A stretch of 64,000 bases of DNA from a virus: positions 32,001-96,000 of the IMG/VR virus record IMGVR_UViG_3300043788_000040; one strand, 5' to 3'. A program made the position numbers and the translations under genes. Shown here one piece after another: positions 1-9,356 of the stretch. Every line of letters begins with the position of its first letter. Within the stretch, counting starts at the first letter, position 1. The notes beneath the pieces are model-generated. The model saw nothing but the letters and a program-made list of their open reading frames with translations. It was not told the DNA's origin and did not search any database.

Positions 1-37
1 ACCGAGGACGCGGGTTCGATTCCCGTGTTCCGCTCCA
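1..37 (+). tRNA. 3' part of a tRNA, probably tRNA-Gly (cut by window edge)
   Basis: T-arm GCGGG-TTCGATT-CCCGT and 3' end CCGCTCCA, like the tRNA-Gly at 543-616; anticodon lies outside the window. Confidence 0.7.
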
Positions 38-42
38 AGATT

Positions 43-118
43 GGGGCTGTAGCTCAGTTGGGAGAGCGCATCCATGGCATGGATGAGGTCAGGGGTTCGA
101 CCCCCCTTAGCTCCACCA
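43..118 (+). tRNA. tRNA-Ala(GGC)
   Basis: Cloverleaf; anticodon arm CATCC-ATGGCAT-GGATG; G3:U70; encoded CCA. Confidence 0.95.
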
Positions 119-130
119 GTTTTGTAGTTC

Positions 131-206
131 GGGGAAGTAGCTCATTTGGGAGAGCGCATCGTTCGCAACGATGAGGTAGCGGGTTCGACCCCCGTCTTCT
201 CCACCA
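131..206 (+). tRNA. tRNA-Ala(CGC)
   Basis: Anticodon arm CATCG-TTCGCAA-CGATG; G3:U70; CCA. Confidence 0.95.
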
Positions 207-219
207 GTTTTGTAGCAGT

Positions 220-297
220 GCGCTGTTAGCTCAGCCCGGAGTGAGCGCTTCCTTGACATGGAAGAGGTCAGAGGTTCAAATCCTCTACGGCGCACCA
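220..297 (+). tRNA. tRNA-Val(GAC)
   Basis: Anticodon arm CTTCC-TTGACAT-GGAAG; T-loop TTCAAAT; CCA. Confidence 0.93.
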
Positions 298-305
298 GAT
301 TTTAT

Positions 306-347
306 GCCGGAGGTCGGAGAGATACCGACACAAACTCTCCGGCTCCA
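306..347 (+). ncRNA. 42-nt CCA-terminated minihelix-like RNA
   Basis: GCCGGAG/CTCCGGC 7-bp stem + T + CCA enclosing one hairpin GTCGG-AGAGATA-CCGAC; sits between tRNAs. Confidence 0.5.
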
Positions 348-351
348 GATT

Positions 352-426
352 GGCCCGGTCGTCTACTGGCTAGGACATCAGCCTTTCAAGCTGGGGAAGG
401 GGGATCGAAACCCCCTCGGGCTACCA
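352..426 (+). tRNA. tRNA-Glu(TTC)
   Basis: Anticodon arm TCAGC-CTTTCAA-GCTGG; atypical T-loop ATCGAAA; CCA. Confidence 0.9.
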
Positions 427-435
427 AATTTGAGG

Positions 436-510
436 GCGCGATTAGCTCAGTGGGAGAGCGCTCGCTTCACACGCGAGAGGTCGCAGGTTCAAACCCTGCA
501 TTGCGCACCA
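436..510 (+). tRNA. tRNA-Val(CAC)
   Basis: Anticodon arm CTCGC-TTCACAC-GCGAG; CCA. Confidence 0.95.
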
Positions 511-542
511 GTTTTGCGGTACTATAGTAGAGAGGCTTCAAA

Positions 543-616
543 GCGGAATTTGCATAATGGTAGTGCGAGACCTTGCCAAGGTCTAGGCACGGGTTCGATT
601 CCCGTATTCCGCTCCA
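543..616 (+). tRNA. tRNA-Gly(GCC)
   Basis: Anticodon arm AGACC-TTGCCAA-GGTCT; U73; CCA. Confidence 0.95.
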
Positions 617-631
617 AATTTTGAGTAGTAC

Positions 632-705
632 GCGGGCGTGGTTCAATGGTAGAATTGGAGCTTCCCAAGCTTCGGACGTGGGTTCGATTCCCATCGCCCG
701 CTCCA
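632..705 (+). tRNA. tRNA-Gly(CCC)
   Basis: Anticodon arm GGAGC-TTCCCAA-GCTTC; U73; CCA. Confidence 0.95.
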
Positions 706-719
706 GATTAGAGGCTCTC

Positions 720-1424
720 TTGGAATCGCTGTACAACGTCAACGGACTGATCTTCTGGGGTGAGCGGGAGATCAACGCACGCAAGATAGTGGAGAGCCAC
801 TTAGTTCAGGCGGTCAAGGACAGCCTGAAGAGCATGAACCGGGCGTGGGAGTTCTTCCAGGTGGAGGCTCCGATCCTGACGCCAAAGCCGTTCGTGAACC
901 CGAACTACACGGACGAGGACTTGTTTGCGACAGGCGGCACGGCGAAGGACAGCGACGGGACGGATGTGGCGCTGATTGCCCGTCCTGAGACCACAATGGG
1001 TTCTTACGCGTGCGCGAGGTACCTGTTGAACCCGCACAACGAAACAAAGGTGCGGATGCCTCTGGTGGTCTGGCAGCATGGCAAGAGCTTCCGGCGTGAG
1101 CAAGACCAGCCGACAAAGTTCATGCGGCTGAAAGAGTTTAACCAGCTTGAGTTTCAGTGCATCTACAGTCCGACGACTGCGATGGACTACAGCTTGAAGC
1201 TGCTCGCGGATGTCGCCATCGCGCTGACGAAGTTGGTAGGCGAGACGAGGATCACGCCGAGCGATAGGCTGCCGGACTACAGCGAGTCCACGATAGACAT
1301 TGAACACGCTGAGAGCGGTATGGAGCTTTGCTCCTGCTCAAGGCGCAAGGATTTTGAAGGTGCGAAGGTTCTAGAAGTTGCGGTGGGCACCGACCGCGTT
1401 GTGAAACATTTTCTGGGCGTGTAG
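720..1424 (+). CDS. Glycyl-tRNA synthetase-like protein (class II catalytic core only, ~234 aa)
   Basis: RPETT, GKSFRRE..FMRLKEFNQLEFQ (motif 2) and EVAVGTDR (motif 3) resemble alpha2-type GlyRS; TTG start after GAGG; the upstream part of the track ORF overlaps tRNAs. Confidence 0.8.
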   Translation: MESLYNVNGLIFWGEREINARKIVESHLVQAVKDSLKSMNRAWEFFQVEAPILTPKPFVNPNYTDEDLFATGGTAKDSDGTDVALIARPETTMGSYACARYLLNPHNETKVRMPLVVWQHGKSFRREQDQPTKFMRLKEFNQLEFQCIYSPTTAMDYSLKLLADVAIALTKLVGETRITPSDRLPDYSESTIDIEHAESGMELCSCSRRKDFEGAKVLEVAVGTDRVVKHFLGV

Positions 1425-1490
1425 CTCAACTGGGAGAGCGCGTGCTTTGCAAGCATGAGGTAGCAGGTTCGACCCCTGTCACGTCCACCA
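1415..1490 (+). tRNA. tRNA-Ala(TGC)
   Basis: Anticodon arm CGTGC-TTTGCAA-GCATG; G3:U70; overlaps the last 10 nt of the GlyRS-like CDS. Confidence 0.95.
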
Positions 1491-1495
1491 ATTTT

Positions 1496-1571
1496 GGGGC
1501 TATAGTGCAGCGGCCTAGCACATCACCCTCTCACGGTGAAAACGCGGGTTCAAATCCCGCTAGCCCTACCA
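1496..1571 (+). tRNA. tRNA-Glu(CTC)
   Basis: Anticodon arm TCACC-CTCTCAC-GGTGA; CCA. Confidence 0.95.
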
Positions 1572-1618
1572 ATTTCAAACCCATAGTGTGATTGTTTGTC
1601 GCCGGGATGCGACGCCCT

Positions 1619-1780
1619 ATGGACAAGCGTTGTCTGCACTGTAACGAAGTGATGGATGATGAGCGCGAGAAATACGTAGGCGTTTGCTTCCGGTGCCGCA
1701 GGTTCGGGCTTCTCACCGGAAAATTCCCCAAAAGCTTGGAAGAAAGAAAACGTTGGGAAGAGGGTCTTAAAAACGGCTGA
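1619..1780 (+). CDS. Small CxxC..CxxC protein
   Basis: MDKRCLHC...CFRC. Confidence 0.5.
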   Translation: MDKRCLHCNEVMDDEREKYVGVCFRCRRFGLLTGKFPKSLEERKRWEEGLKNG

Positions 1781-2042
1781 TCCAGCGCCGCCCGAGCCGC
1801 CCGGCTTTCTTGGCAGCACGAGTAGCCGTCCTTCCGGCCTTAGGGCAGTCAATCAGTTTCGCCGAGCAGCGTGGAAGCTCCCCGCCCCTCGGACCCGCCC
1901 CGAAGTACTTTCCCGGTCTCCCGCAACCATACTGGCACAGGACTTCCCCGGATTCTGGCGTGTTCATGCGGTGGTCAAACTCCTCGTCGGTCTCTGCTGG
2001 CTGAGTGTCCTCGGGGAAGGCGGTCTGGAATTTCTCGTCCAT
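1767..2042 (-). CDS. Hypothetical protein (acidic N-terminus, Cys cluster)
   Basis: Fills the gap between + strand genes; CQYGCG..C..C. Confidence 0.5.
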   Translation of the reverse strand: MDEKFQTAFPEDTQPAETDEEFDHRMNTPESGEVLCQYGCGRPGKYFGAGPRGGELPRCSAKLIDCPKAGRTATRAAKKAGRLGRRWISRF

Positions 2043-2076
2043 ACTGAAGATTTCAGTATTTGGTAGAGAGGTTTCT

Positions 2077-2583
2077 ATGGCTAAAGCAAAGGCTCAATTG
2101 AAGGTCATTTACCACGAATTCTTCTGCGACGACGTGCTCAGCGAGTTTGACGGGTTCTTTGAGATCGTCAACGGCAAGGTGGAGTACGTCACCGGGTGGT
2201 TCGCCAACGACGCCAACTGGCGCGGCGAGTACATGGGCGGTCTGATAGAGCACTTCGGCGGTGACGTGCAATCCCTGCCTGAGAAGCACTACAAAGCAGC
2301 CCGCACCTTGGCGGCGAAGGCCTACGGCATAGATGAGCAGGAAGACCACGACGGTGAGTACGAGTACGTCCAGCTTTACTTCCGCAAGGGAACGTCCGAC
2401 AAGGTTTACTACATCAACCTGTCCCGTGACGACAACGGCTGGTTCGTCAACGTAGAGTACGGGCGTCGCAACGGTACTCTCAAGGACGAGATGAAGTGCG
2501 AGGCGACCCACTACACGGAAGCCAAGGGAATTTACGACAGCATTCTGAACGAGAAGCTCAAGAAAGGCTACAAACGCAAGTGA
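2077..2583 (+). CDS. WGR-domain protein
   Basis: C-terminal SDKVYYI..VEYGRRNG..EKLKKGY; GAGG RBS. Confidence 0.75.
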   Translation: MAKAKAQLKVIYHEFFCDDVLSEFDGFFEIVNGKVEYVTGWFANDANWRGEYMGGLIEHFGGDVQSLPEKHYKAARTLAAKAYGIDEQEDHDGEYEYVQLYFRKGTSDKVYYINLSRDDNGWFVNVEYGRRNGTLKDEMKCEATHYTEAKGIYDSILNEKLKKGYKRK

Positions 2584-3245
2584 GAGTAGTTTTCATTTCC
2601 GACACACACGGGCTACACGGACGCATGACTGCTCCGATCCCCGAGGGCGACATCCTGATTCACGCGGGCGACGGCACCAACGTCGGGCGCATGAATGAGA
2701 TCGCGGCCGCAGGAGTGTGGCTGCGCAGCCTGCCCCACAAGCACAAGGTTTTCGTCGCTGGTAACCACGACTGGATGTTTGAGAAGAACTGTGCCATGGC
2801 GGTGCAACTATTGAACCAAGGTCTCACTGGCGATACGTTGAACTCAAAGATCGTGTATCTTGAGGACAGCGCCGTTGAGATTGAGGGTCTGAAAATCTAT
2901 GGCAGCCCTTGGCAGCCGAGGTTCTTGGACTGGGCATTCAACTTGGATCGCGGTGAATCAATCAAGAAGAAGTGGGACTTGATCCCCGAGGGTCTGGACA
3001 TCCTGATCACGCACGGCCCGCCGATGGGAATCCTTGACCAGACCAACCCGGTTCTTGGCACCGATCACCTTGGTTGCGAGGAACTCATCAAAGCGGTTGA
3101 GCGGGCGAAGCCGAAGGTTCACGTCTTCGGTCACATCCATGGCGGGTACGGCAAGGTGCAGTATCCGAACACACTGTTCATCAACGCCGCGATCTGCGAC
3201 GAGGCGTACAAACCTTGGCGGGAGCCTGTTGTCGTTGACCTATGA
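2580..3245 (+). CDS. Calcineurin-like metallophosphoesterase
   Basis: SDTH, HAGD, AGNHD, THGPP, FGHIH motifs; GTG start overlapping the upstream stop. Confidence 0.9.
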   Translation: MRVVFISDTHGLHGRMTAPIPEGDILIHAGDGTNVGRMNEIAAAGVWLRSLPHKHKVFVAGNHDWMFEKNCAMAVQLLNQGLTGDTLNSKIVYLEDSAVEIEGLKIYGSPWQPRFLDWAFNLDRGESIKKKWDLIPEGLDILITHGPPMGILDQTNPVLGTDHLGCEELIKAVERAKPKVHVFGHIHGGYGKVQYPNTLFINAAICDEAYKPWREPVVVDL

Positions 3246-3400
3246 GACGGAAGTGTCAAGTCTACCACGACTGGAAGCAGTGCGAAGAACCCGCCGTGGA
3301 CTACGTTCAGATAGACTACGAGGAAGACACCGTCAGGGTTTGGATGTGCGCCCACCACTGGGACGAACACCAGAAGAGAGTCAAGAATGCAACGCGCTAA
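3242..3400 (+). CDS. Small Cys/His (putative Zn-finger) protein, paralog 1
   Basis: Not in the ORF track; MRRKC-x8-CEEPAV..WMCAHHWD; start overlaps the upstream stop. Confidence 0.6.
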   Translation: MRRKCQVYHDWKQCEEPAVDYVQIDYEEDTVRVWMCAHHWDEHQKRVKNATR

Positions 3401-3662
3401 CCCACAGCTTTCCGCACTTGCCCTCCTTGTGCAGAGATTTGGCAAACAGATTCCGGGCGGATACGAGGTGCATGTCTCAGCGTTGGAGATGACAACCATG
3501 TCTCCGCATGGTATATTCCAAGAGGTGCCCGACGCTGATGGCAGGGGCGTGCGCTGGCAATACTTCCCGAACCACGTCATTGACATTGAAGGCGGCACGG
3601 TTCCCGACGAGAAGCCAGCGGCTCAGTTACCGGAGAAAACAGACAGTGATAGACCCGTATGA
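3387..3662 (+). CDS. Hypothetical protein
   Basis: Tightly packed ORF with a plausible RBS. Confidence 0.6.
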   Translation: MQRANPQLSALALLVQRFGKQIPGGYEVHVSALEMTTMSPHGIFQEVPDADGRGVRWQYFPNHVIDIEGGTVPDEKPAAQLPEKTDSDRPV

Positions 3663-4248
3663 TCTGACGAAGCCGTGGGATGCAGTCCGCCTTCAGGAAT
3701 GGTTCCTTTTCGGCGTATGCGTGGCGGGCAAGAGCGCCAAGCAGACCGCAGCGAAGGTTGAGGCGATGCTGAAGGACATGCGCTTCCAGAAGACAGAGCT
3801 TTTCGGCAGGGGCAGCATGCTCGTCCAGTGCGAGAATCTCACGCCTTTCGCTTGCGTGGATTGCGCCGTCAGGCGTGGCAAACTGGGCTACTACCTCCGC
3901 AAGCACAAGCTGGGTCAGTATGGACGGATCAACAAGGCTTTCCGGGGCATGATCAAAATCAGCCCGGAGACCGTCACGCTGAATGAGCTTGAACAGATTC
4001 ACGGCGTCGGTGCAAAGACCGCCCGGATGCTATTGCTCTACACCCGCCCGGATCAGGAAATGATTCCTCTGGATACCCACGTCCTCAAGTGGCTCCACGC
4101 CCACGGCTACGACGCACCGAAAAGCACCCCACCACCCGGCAAGAAATACCGTGAGCTTGAACTTGCCTTCATCCGCGAGGGTAAGAAGCGTGGGCTGACC
4201 GCCAAGGAGTGGGACACTAAAGTCTGGCAGCAGTACGCGAAAGGATGA
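3646..4248 (+). CDS. HhH-GPD DNA glycosylase/AP lyase (Ogg-like)
   Basis: HhH LEQIHGVGAKTA with Lys, plus catalytic PLDTHV. Confidence 0.8.
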   Translation: MIDPYDLTKPWDAVRLQEWFLFGVCVAGKSAKQTAAKVEAMLKDMRFQKTELFGRGSMLVQCENLTPFACVDCAVRRGKLGYYLRKHKLGQYGRINKAFRGMIKISPETVTLNELEQIHGVGAKTARMLLLYTRPDQEMIPLDTHVLKWLHAHGYDAPKSTPPPGKKYRELELAFIREGKKRGLTAKEWDTKVWQQYAKG

Positions 4249-4251
4249 GCC

Positions 4252-4554
4252 ATGTTCGTTTTGCAGCTTAACCCGATGACCTCCAACGCCGAGAACGTCG
4301 TCCCGGTCGTCCGCGCCGAGACACGTGAGGCTATCGAAGCCCTCCTAAACTCCGAGACCGTGGAGCCGTACACGGACGGACAGTGGCGTAAGGTCTTCCG
4401 GCAGGGCGGCATGTTGGAGTGGTACAACCCGCCGATGGGCGGAGAGTCTTGGATCGGCGTGCCCGCGATCGCGGACATCGGCACAGCCGACGACTGGGCA
4501 CGTCTCGCCCGTGAAGAGTACGAACGTGTTGTTTCGACTATCCCGCAAGTCTGA
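4252..4554 (+). CDS. Hypothetical protein
   Basis: ORF in operon with RBS. Confidence 0.65.
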   Translation: MFVLQLNPMTSNAENVVPVVRAETREAIEALLNSETVEPYTDGQWRKVFRQGGMLEWYNPPMGGESWIGVPAIADIGTADDWARLAREEYERVVSTIPQV

Positions 4555-4631
4555 AAAACCCCCTAAATACAACGATTTCCAATAGCAAATAGGTTCCGTG
4601 ACTTCGGTTCTCTTCAAGTAGGAGAGAGCCT

Positions 4632-5195
4632 GTGCCGATCACCCTACCCATTCCAAAGCTCGCGGCGACCCCAGCCTTGCCGAAGCGGTTCAAGAATGGG
4701 CTTCTTCAGCCTAACTCCAACAAGATGAAGCAGGCAGCCGACCTCCGCGACATCTACGGCGAGATCGCCGGGGAGTGGGGCGGCTTTGAGGACGACCAGT
4801 CCCTCTACGAATTCGCCGAACCGAAGACACGGGAACTTCTTCTTGGAACGGACGAGGACTTGAACGCCGTCCATGATTTTGACACCGCCTCCATGTACGC
4901 CCACAGCGGCAACTGGAAGATGGCGAGTCAGTACCTCGGGTACGCATTGAGGAAGGTCGCCGAAAAGATTGAGAAGCTGGGCTACGGTTACGACGTCAGT
5001 GGTGAAACCGGACGTGGCGGCGGGGGCACAAGCGGTAACGACCGTCATCTCTGGGACACGGGCAACGCCCCAAAGCACGACCACACTGGGGTCAACCCGG
5101 CGAACATGATGTTTGACACGGAAGCGGAGTCAGATTACCCGGAGCTTGCAGCGTTCAAACACAAGCGGGTGCATTGGCCGCCGAGGACTAGATAA
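4632..5195 (+). CDS. Hypothetical protein (first gene of structural block)
   Basis: GGAG RBS, GTG start. Confidence 0.65.
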   Translation: MPITLPIPKLAATPALPKRFKNGLLQPNSNKMKQAADLRDIYGEIAGEWGGFEDDQSLYEFAEPKTRELLLGTDEDLNAVHDFDTASMYAHSGNWKMASQYLGYALRKVAEKIEKLGYGYDVSGETGRGGGGTSGNDRHLWDTGNAPKHDHTGVNPANMMFDTEAESDYPELAAFKHKRVHWPPRTR

Positions 5196-5197
5196 AA

Positions 5198-6523
5198 ATG
5201 GCAACAGTCCAAGTTTGCATTTTCAATCCGGTAACGACGCTCATTGACACAATCACCGCCGCGGCATTCGGTCCGTCGGCGGCTGGTGTCCCCGTTGTCA
5301 CCAACAGCCTTGGTGTCATTGACTCCTCCCTCATCGGTATCGGCGTCACGGCGACGGCTGGACAGAACCTCACCTCGGGACAGCTTGTCAACCTGTACAG
5401 CAACGCTGGAACGCTGACTGCACAGATCGCATCGGCACAGAATACGGGCACGGCTCCCTCCGGCGCTCCCTATCCGATCCAAGCGCAAGGCTACGCAGGG
5501 CTGTCCACATTCGGTGCGACGCAGACGTTCACCGGGGCGAAGCTGACGGTCAACTTCTTCGGCACGTTCACATACATTGACGGCAACGCTGAGTTCAACG
5601 CAGGCACCATCGGTCAGGAAGTGTTCCTGTCTGCCATTACGCCTGGTGGCGTAACGCTGACTCCGGTTACAGCCCTTGAACAGGCGGTCGGCTACGTCGT
5701 TGGATTTGCTGCACCCAACATCGTCTCTATCAGTTTCGCTTCGGGCTTCCAAGACTTCTCACACATCTCCGGCGTCAACCCGATCACCAAGGGCGGCACT
5801 GGTGCTACAACCGCCGTGCAGGCGCTTGACAATCTTTTCGGAACGTTCTCCGCTGGTCAGTTTTGGGCGGGTCCGCTACCCGACGTGGGCGGTGGACCGT
5901 TCGGAGTTGGGGCTTTTGGTGCCGGACCTTTCGGCAGCCCGGCGTCAGCCTTCCCCACGGCTCGCCTCATTTTCAACACTGACTTGCAGGATGCAATCTT
6001 CGGAGCATCTGGTCCGCTTCACAATCCCGGCGCGGTTCCCGACCCCGGCCCGGTTGCTGGCACGACCCACTTCCTGCGGGAAGACGGCACATGGGCAACG
6101 ATTCCGCCCCCTCCGCCCCCTCCGATGCCTATTCAGTCGGATCATCCGGGTCTCACGGCGTCCTTCGGTCCGGTGACCCTACTCGTCCCGGCAGCGACGG
6201 GTATGTTCCGAATCTCGGTTTACGAGGAATGCACGGTCGCTGGCGCAAGCGGCGGTGGCACTCCGTTCGGTGGCGGAATTTTCGGTGGCGGGGTTTTCAA
6301 TGGTTTGGACGACAACCTTCAGACCGTCGTGACTTGGATAGACGACGTTGGAGTGCGCACGGACACGCCGATGGCTATACCTCTTGATCTCGGGAACACG
6401 AATTCTACGAGCGGTGATCTTTTCTTCCGTGCAGTGGGAGGCACCCCGATCACTTTTCAGACGTTTTTGCTAAAGACGGGCACGCCGACATACGGAGTTT
6501 TCGTTAGGCTGGAGAGCTTGTAA
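5198..6523 (+). CDS. Virion structural/fibre-like protein with GxFG motifs
   Basis: Gly/Thr/Ala-rich; ITKGGTGATT and FLREDGTW fibre-type motifs; GPFGVGAFGAGPFG. Confidence 0.7.
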   Translation: MATVQVCIFNPVTTLIDTITAAAFGPSAAGVPVVTNSLGVIDSSLIGIGVTATAGQNLTSGQLVNLYSNAGTLTAQIASAQNTGTAPSGAPYPIQAQGYAGLSTFGATQTFTGAKLTVNFFGTFTYIDGNAEFNAGTIGQEVFLSAITPGGVTLTPVTALEQAVGYVVGFAAPNIVSISFASGFQDFSHISGVNPITKGGTGATTAVQALDNLFGTFSAGQFWAGPLPDVGGGPFGVGAFGAGPFGSPASAFPTARLIFNTDLQDAIFGASGPLHNPGAVPDPGPVAGTTHFLREDGTWATIPPPPPPPMPIQSDHPGLTASFGPVTLLVPAATGMFRISVYEECTVAGASGGGTPFGGGIFGGGVFNGLDDNLQTVVTWIDDVGVRTDTPMAIPLDLGNTNSTSGDLFFRAVGGTPITFQTFLLKTGTPTYGVFVRLESL

Positions 6524-6525
6524 AC

Positions 6526-8043
6526 ATGCCATACATCAACCAACTTGACGCCGCCATCGCAACCGTCATCGCTCAGGTGAACGGCACTACGCCTTTGGCT
6601 GGACAGAATATAATCATCACCCCCAGCCCTAGTGGGACTAGAGTCGCACTTGCGAACAACATCGTCGTAAACAACATCACCGCGAACGGTGTAGAGTCCG
6701 TGAGTGGGATGCTCACCGTGGGTGCGGCGCTTTCCGTAAGCGGTTCAATCACTCTTTTGAACCCTGGCATAGCCACATCTCCGGCGAACGAGTTCGCCGC
6801 ACCGTCATTAGTCTTCACCGGATCGTACTGGCACAACACGCCTCCCGGCGCACACCCCGATAGCTACTCGCTTGATGTGACCATGCTCGGAAGTTCGTTT
6901 GATAACCAGTCTTCGGCTGTTCTGACCTTGAACCACGTAGGCGCGAACATCGCATACTTCACGCTGGGTCCTCAGATTTTCCGTTTCACTTCGGGTGGGG
7001 AGAACGTCCTCGGCACGGTTAGTGGCGTGAACTTCGTGGTCTCCCCGGAGCACAGCGATGGAACAGTCTTTACCTTAACCGCCGCTGCCAACGCAATTGG
7101 GAACCTCACAACCTACACCGGGTCTAACATCGCCGTTGTGCCGCCCGAACCTGGGCAGTATGTCACCATCGCTGGTTTCACCAACGGTGCAAACAATGGA
7201 CGCTTTTTGGTTTCAAGTTCCACGGTGGGCGGCGGCGGTAGCGTCACAGTTTACAATGCTGGTGGTATTGCCGAGACGCATGCTGGAACCTCAACTACCG
7301 ACTTCGCCTACCCCCCTCAAGGCGTGTTTTCATCTGTCGGTTTCGGCAGTGGTGTTTTTCATTTGCTGGGGACGTCTCATAACACTCAAGCCACCTTCAC
7401 AGGGGAACCGGGCACTATCCAGTTGGCAATCGGCATGGATGGTAACGCAACCGACGCTGGGTACATGCGTGTCATCAACGACCCCGTATCAGGCAACCAT
7501 GGTATTGAACTCGGCGCTGTGATTGACGGCACGGGCGTTGCACCAGTCTTCATGCAGCTTGGTCACATCGCGGGACAGTCCACGGCGGCTTTCAACGCTC
7601 CTCTGACTCTCCTCGGATCAACCTCCGGCTCCGCGTCTATCGGCGTCGCCGCAGCGGCGGGCACCCCGAACCAAATCAACCTGCCGACCACGACTGGAAC
7701 TGCTGGTCAGGTCTTGACCACAGACGGAATGAACCCGCAGCAGCTTTCATGGAGTTCCGGTAGCGGTCCGCAGACCGAGACTGTGCGTGTCGTGTACGCG
7801 TCAAACCCACTGGCGGCTGGAGCCTTGAGCAGTTCAATACCCGTGACTTTCTCAAGCCCCTTCGCTGATGCAAACTACACGGTGAGTGTGAGCGTGGAAA
7901 CTGCTGCCGCCATGCAGTCTGCTACAGTCGTTGCCACTTTCCAGAAGCAGGGGACACCGCAGAACGGCGTGAACGTGCAGGTTTTGAACAATGACTCCCT
8001 CTCACATACCGTGACTGTGCATGTCATAGCGAGGCACGACTAA
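6526..8043 (+). CDS. Tail fibre-like protein
   Basis: Gly/Thr/Ser-rich; LPTTTGTAGQVLTTDG..LSW motif; C-terminal VTFSSPFADANYTVSVS. Confidence 0.7.
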   Translation: MPYINQLDAAIATVIAQVNGTTPLAGQNIIITPSPSGTRVALANNIVVNNITANGVESVSGMLTVGAALSVSGSITLLNPGIATSPANEFAAPSLVFTGSYWHNTPPGAHPDSYSLDVTMLGSSFDNQSSAVLTLNHVGANIAYFTLGPQIFRFTSGGENVLGTVSGVNFVVSPEHSDGTVFTLTAAANAIGNLTTYTGSNIAVVPPEPGQYVTIAGFTNGANNGRFLVSSSTVGGGGSVTVYNAGGIAETHAGTSTTDFAYPPQGVFSSVGFGSGVFHLLGTSHNTQATFTGEPGTIQLAIGMDGNATDAGYMRVINDPVSGNHGIELGAVIDGTGVAPVFMQLGHIAGQSTAAFNAPLTLLGSTSGSASIGVAAAAGTPNQINLPTTTGTAGQVLTTDGMNPQQLSWSSGSGPQTETVRVVYASNPLAAGALSSSIPVTFSSPFADANYTVSVSVETAAAMQSATVVATFQKQGTPQNGVNVQVLNNDSLSHTVTVHVIARHD

Positions 8044-9356
8044 TGGGACCGATTAACGACTGGCATTTTGCCCACAATATCGTGGTCGGCGGCAACGCCA
8101 CCATGACTGGCTTCGCGGAAGCCGCGAACGTGTTGATCAACACGAACTCGGTCACGGCCATGCTCGCGGTCGTAGGTTCGGGCGTGCAACCGCTCACGAT
8201 CATCAGCAACAGCGGCAACACGCCCGTCTTCACGATAGACCAGTTCGGTGGGATCGCCGCCGCTGGTGCGTCGCAAAACAGCTTCTCAAACACAGGCGCG
8301 AGCGGCACGCAGATCGTTGATTCTGGCGGTGGCGGGGTCGTCATAACAAACTCTGACACGGGCGGAAGTTTAATCCACATCACAAACAATGGCGCACTCG
8401 GGACGACCATTCTGGATACGGGAGCCGGAGGCATAACCCTCAACTCCAACAACGCAGGCGGAATTTCAATAGACAGCAGCACTGGTGCTGGTACTATCAC
8501 TATCTCGAATAACGGGACTGGCGGCACAAACATCTCGGATGGCGGCACAGGCGGTTTGTCAGTCAGCGTCAGCGGAAACAGCCTCACCCAGCTAGGTTTC
8601 ATCAATCTCTCTAACTCGGGCGGTCTCAACACGGAGGTTGACGACACGGGCGGCGGCGGAATCTTCCTCTATATGGATTCCAGCGGTGCGGTGCCCTACA
8701 CTGTCACTTCCGTTGGCGCTTCCGGGGGCGGCAGCACGACCTACCACGGAACATTCCCATCTGTCAGCATGGGCGGTAACTGGGTGACCATCACAGGCTT
8801 CACGAACTTGTCAAACAATGGCACGTTCCTGATGACCAGCAGCACGGCCACAACGATAGTCGCCAACAATGCCTCCGCCGTCGCTGAAACCCATGCCGCG
8901 ACTGCGACAGAAGCCAGCAGCTTTGTTGTTCAACAGGTTGGCGCAGGCGGCACTCACATCACGGACTCAGGCGGCGGCGGGATCGTGATTGACGCCACGG
9001 GCGCGGGCGCAACCCTCTCCTTGAACCCGAGCGGGAAGCCCGTCAATGCAAATGGAAATCTTGTCAGCCAGACTGTTGCATCCGGGCTAACGGCTCTCGG
9101 TACATCACTGATTGCGTCGGGAGCTTCAGCCACGGTTGTGACCGCAACAGCAACGGGCGCACTGACGACCGACAACCTCGTCGCGGATTTCAGCGCCGAC
9201 CCAACTGGCACTGTCGGATACCAGCCATCAGCGAACGGGATGCTGACCATCATCAAGTTCATCACGGCGGGGCAAGTGAATTTCAAGGTAGTCAACAACA
9301 CTGGAAGCTCAATCACGCCGGGAGCGGTCAGCCTTCAGTGGCGTGTGATCAGGTAA
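8043..9356 (+). CDS. Fibre/spike-like protein with beta-helix-type repeats
   Basis: Repeated DSGGGGI/DTGAGGI units; shares the VTIxGFTNxxNNGxF..AETHA module with the upstream gene. Confidence 0.7.
   Translation: MGPINDWHFAHNIVVGGNATMTGFAEAANVLINTNSVTAMLAVVGSGVQPLTIISNSGNTPVFTIDQFGGIAAAGASQNSFSNTGASGTQIVDSGGGGVVITNSDTGGSLIHITNNGALGTTILDTGAGGITLNSNNAGGISIDSSTGAGTITISNNGTGGTNISDGGTGGLSVSVSGNSLTQLGFINLSNSGGLNTEVDDTGGGGIFLYMDSSGAVPYTVTSVGASGGGSTTYHGTFPSVSMGGNWVTITGFTNLSNNGTFLMTSSTATTIVANNASAVAETHAATATEASSFVVQQVGAGGTHITDSGGGGIVIDATGAGATLSLNPSGKPVNANGNLVSQTVASGLTALGTSLIASGASATVVTATATGALTTDNLVADFSADPTGTVGYQPSANGMLTIIKFITAGQVNFKVVNNTGSSITPGAVSLQWRVIR

Noticed and set aside
107-784. Track ORFs over the tRNA cluster, including the first 49 codons of 573..1424
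   Set aside because: They are translations of tRNA genes; the same applies to ORFs over 37000-38660, 43000-44010 and 46400-47700.
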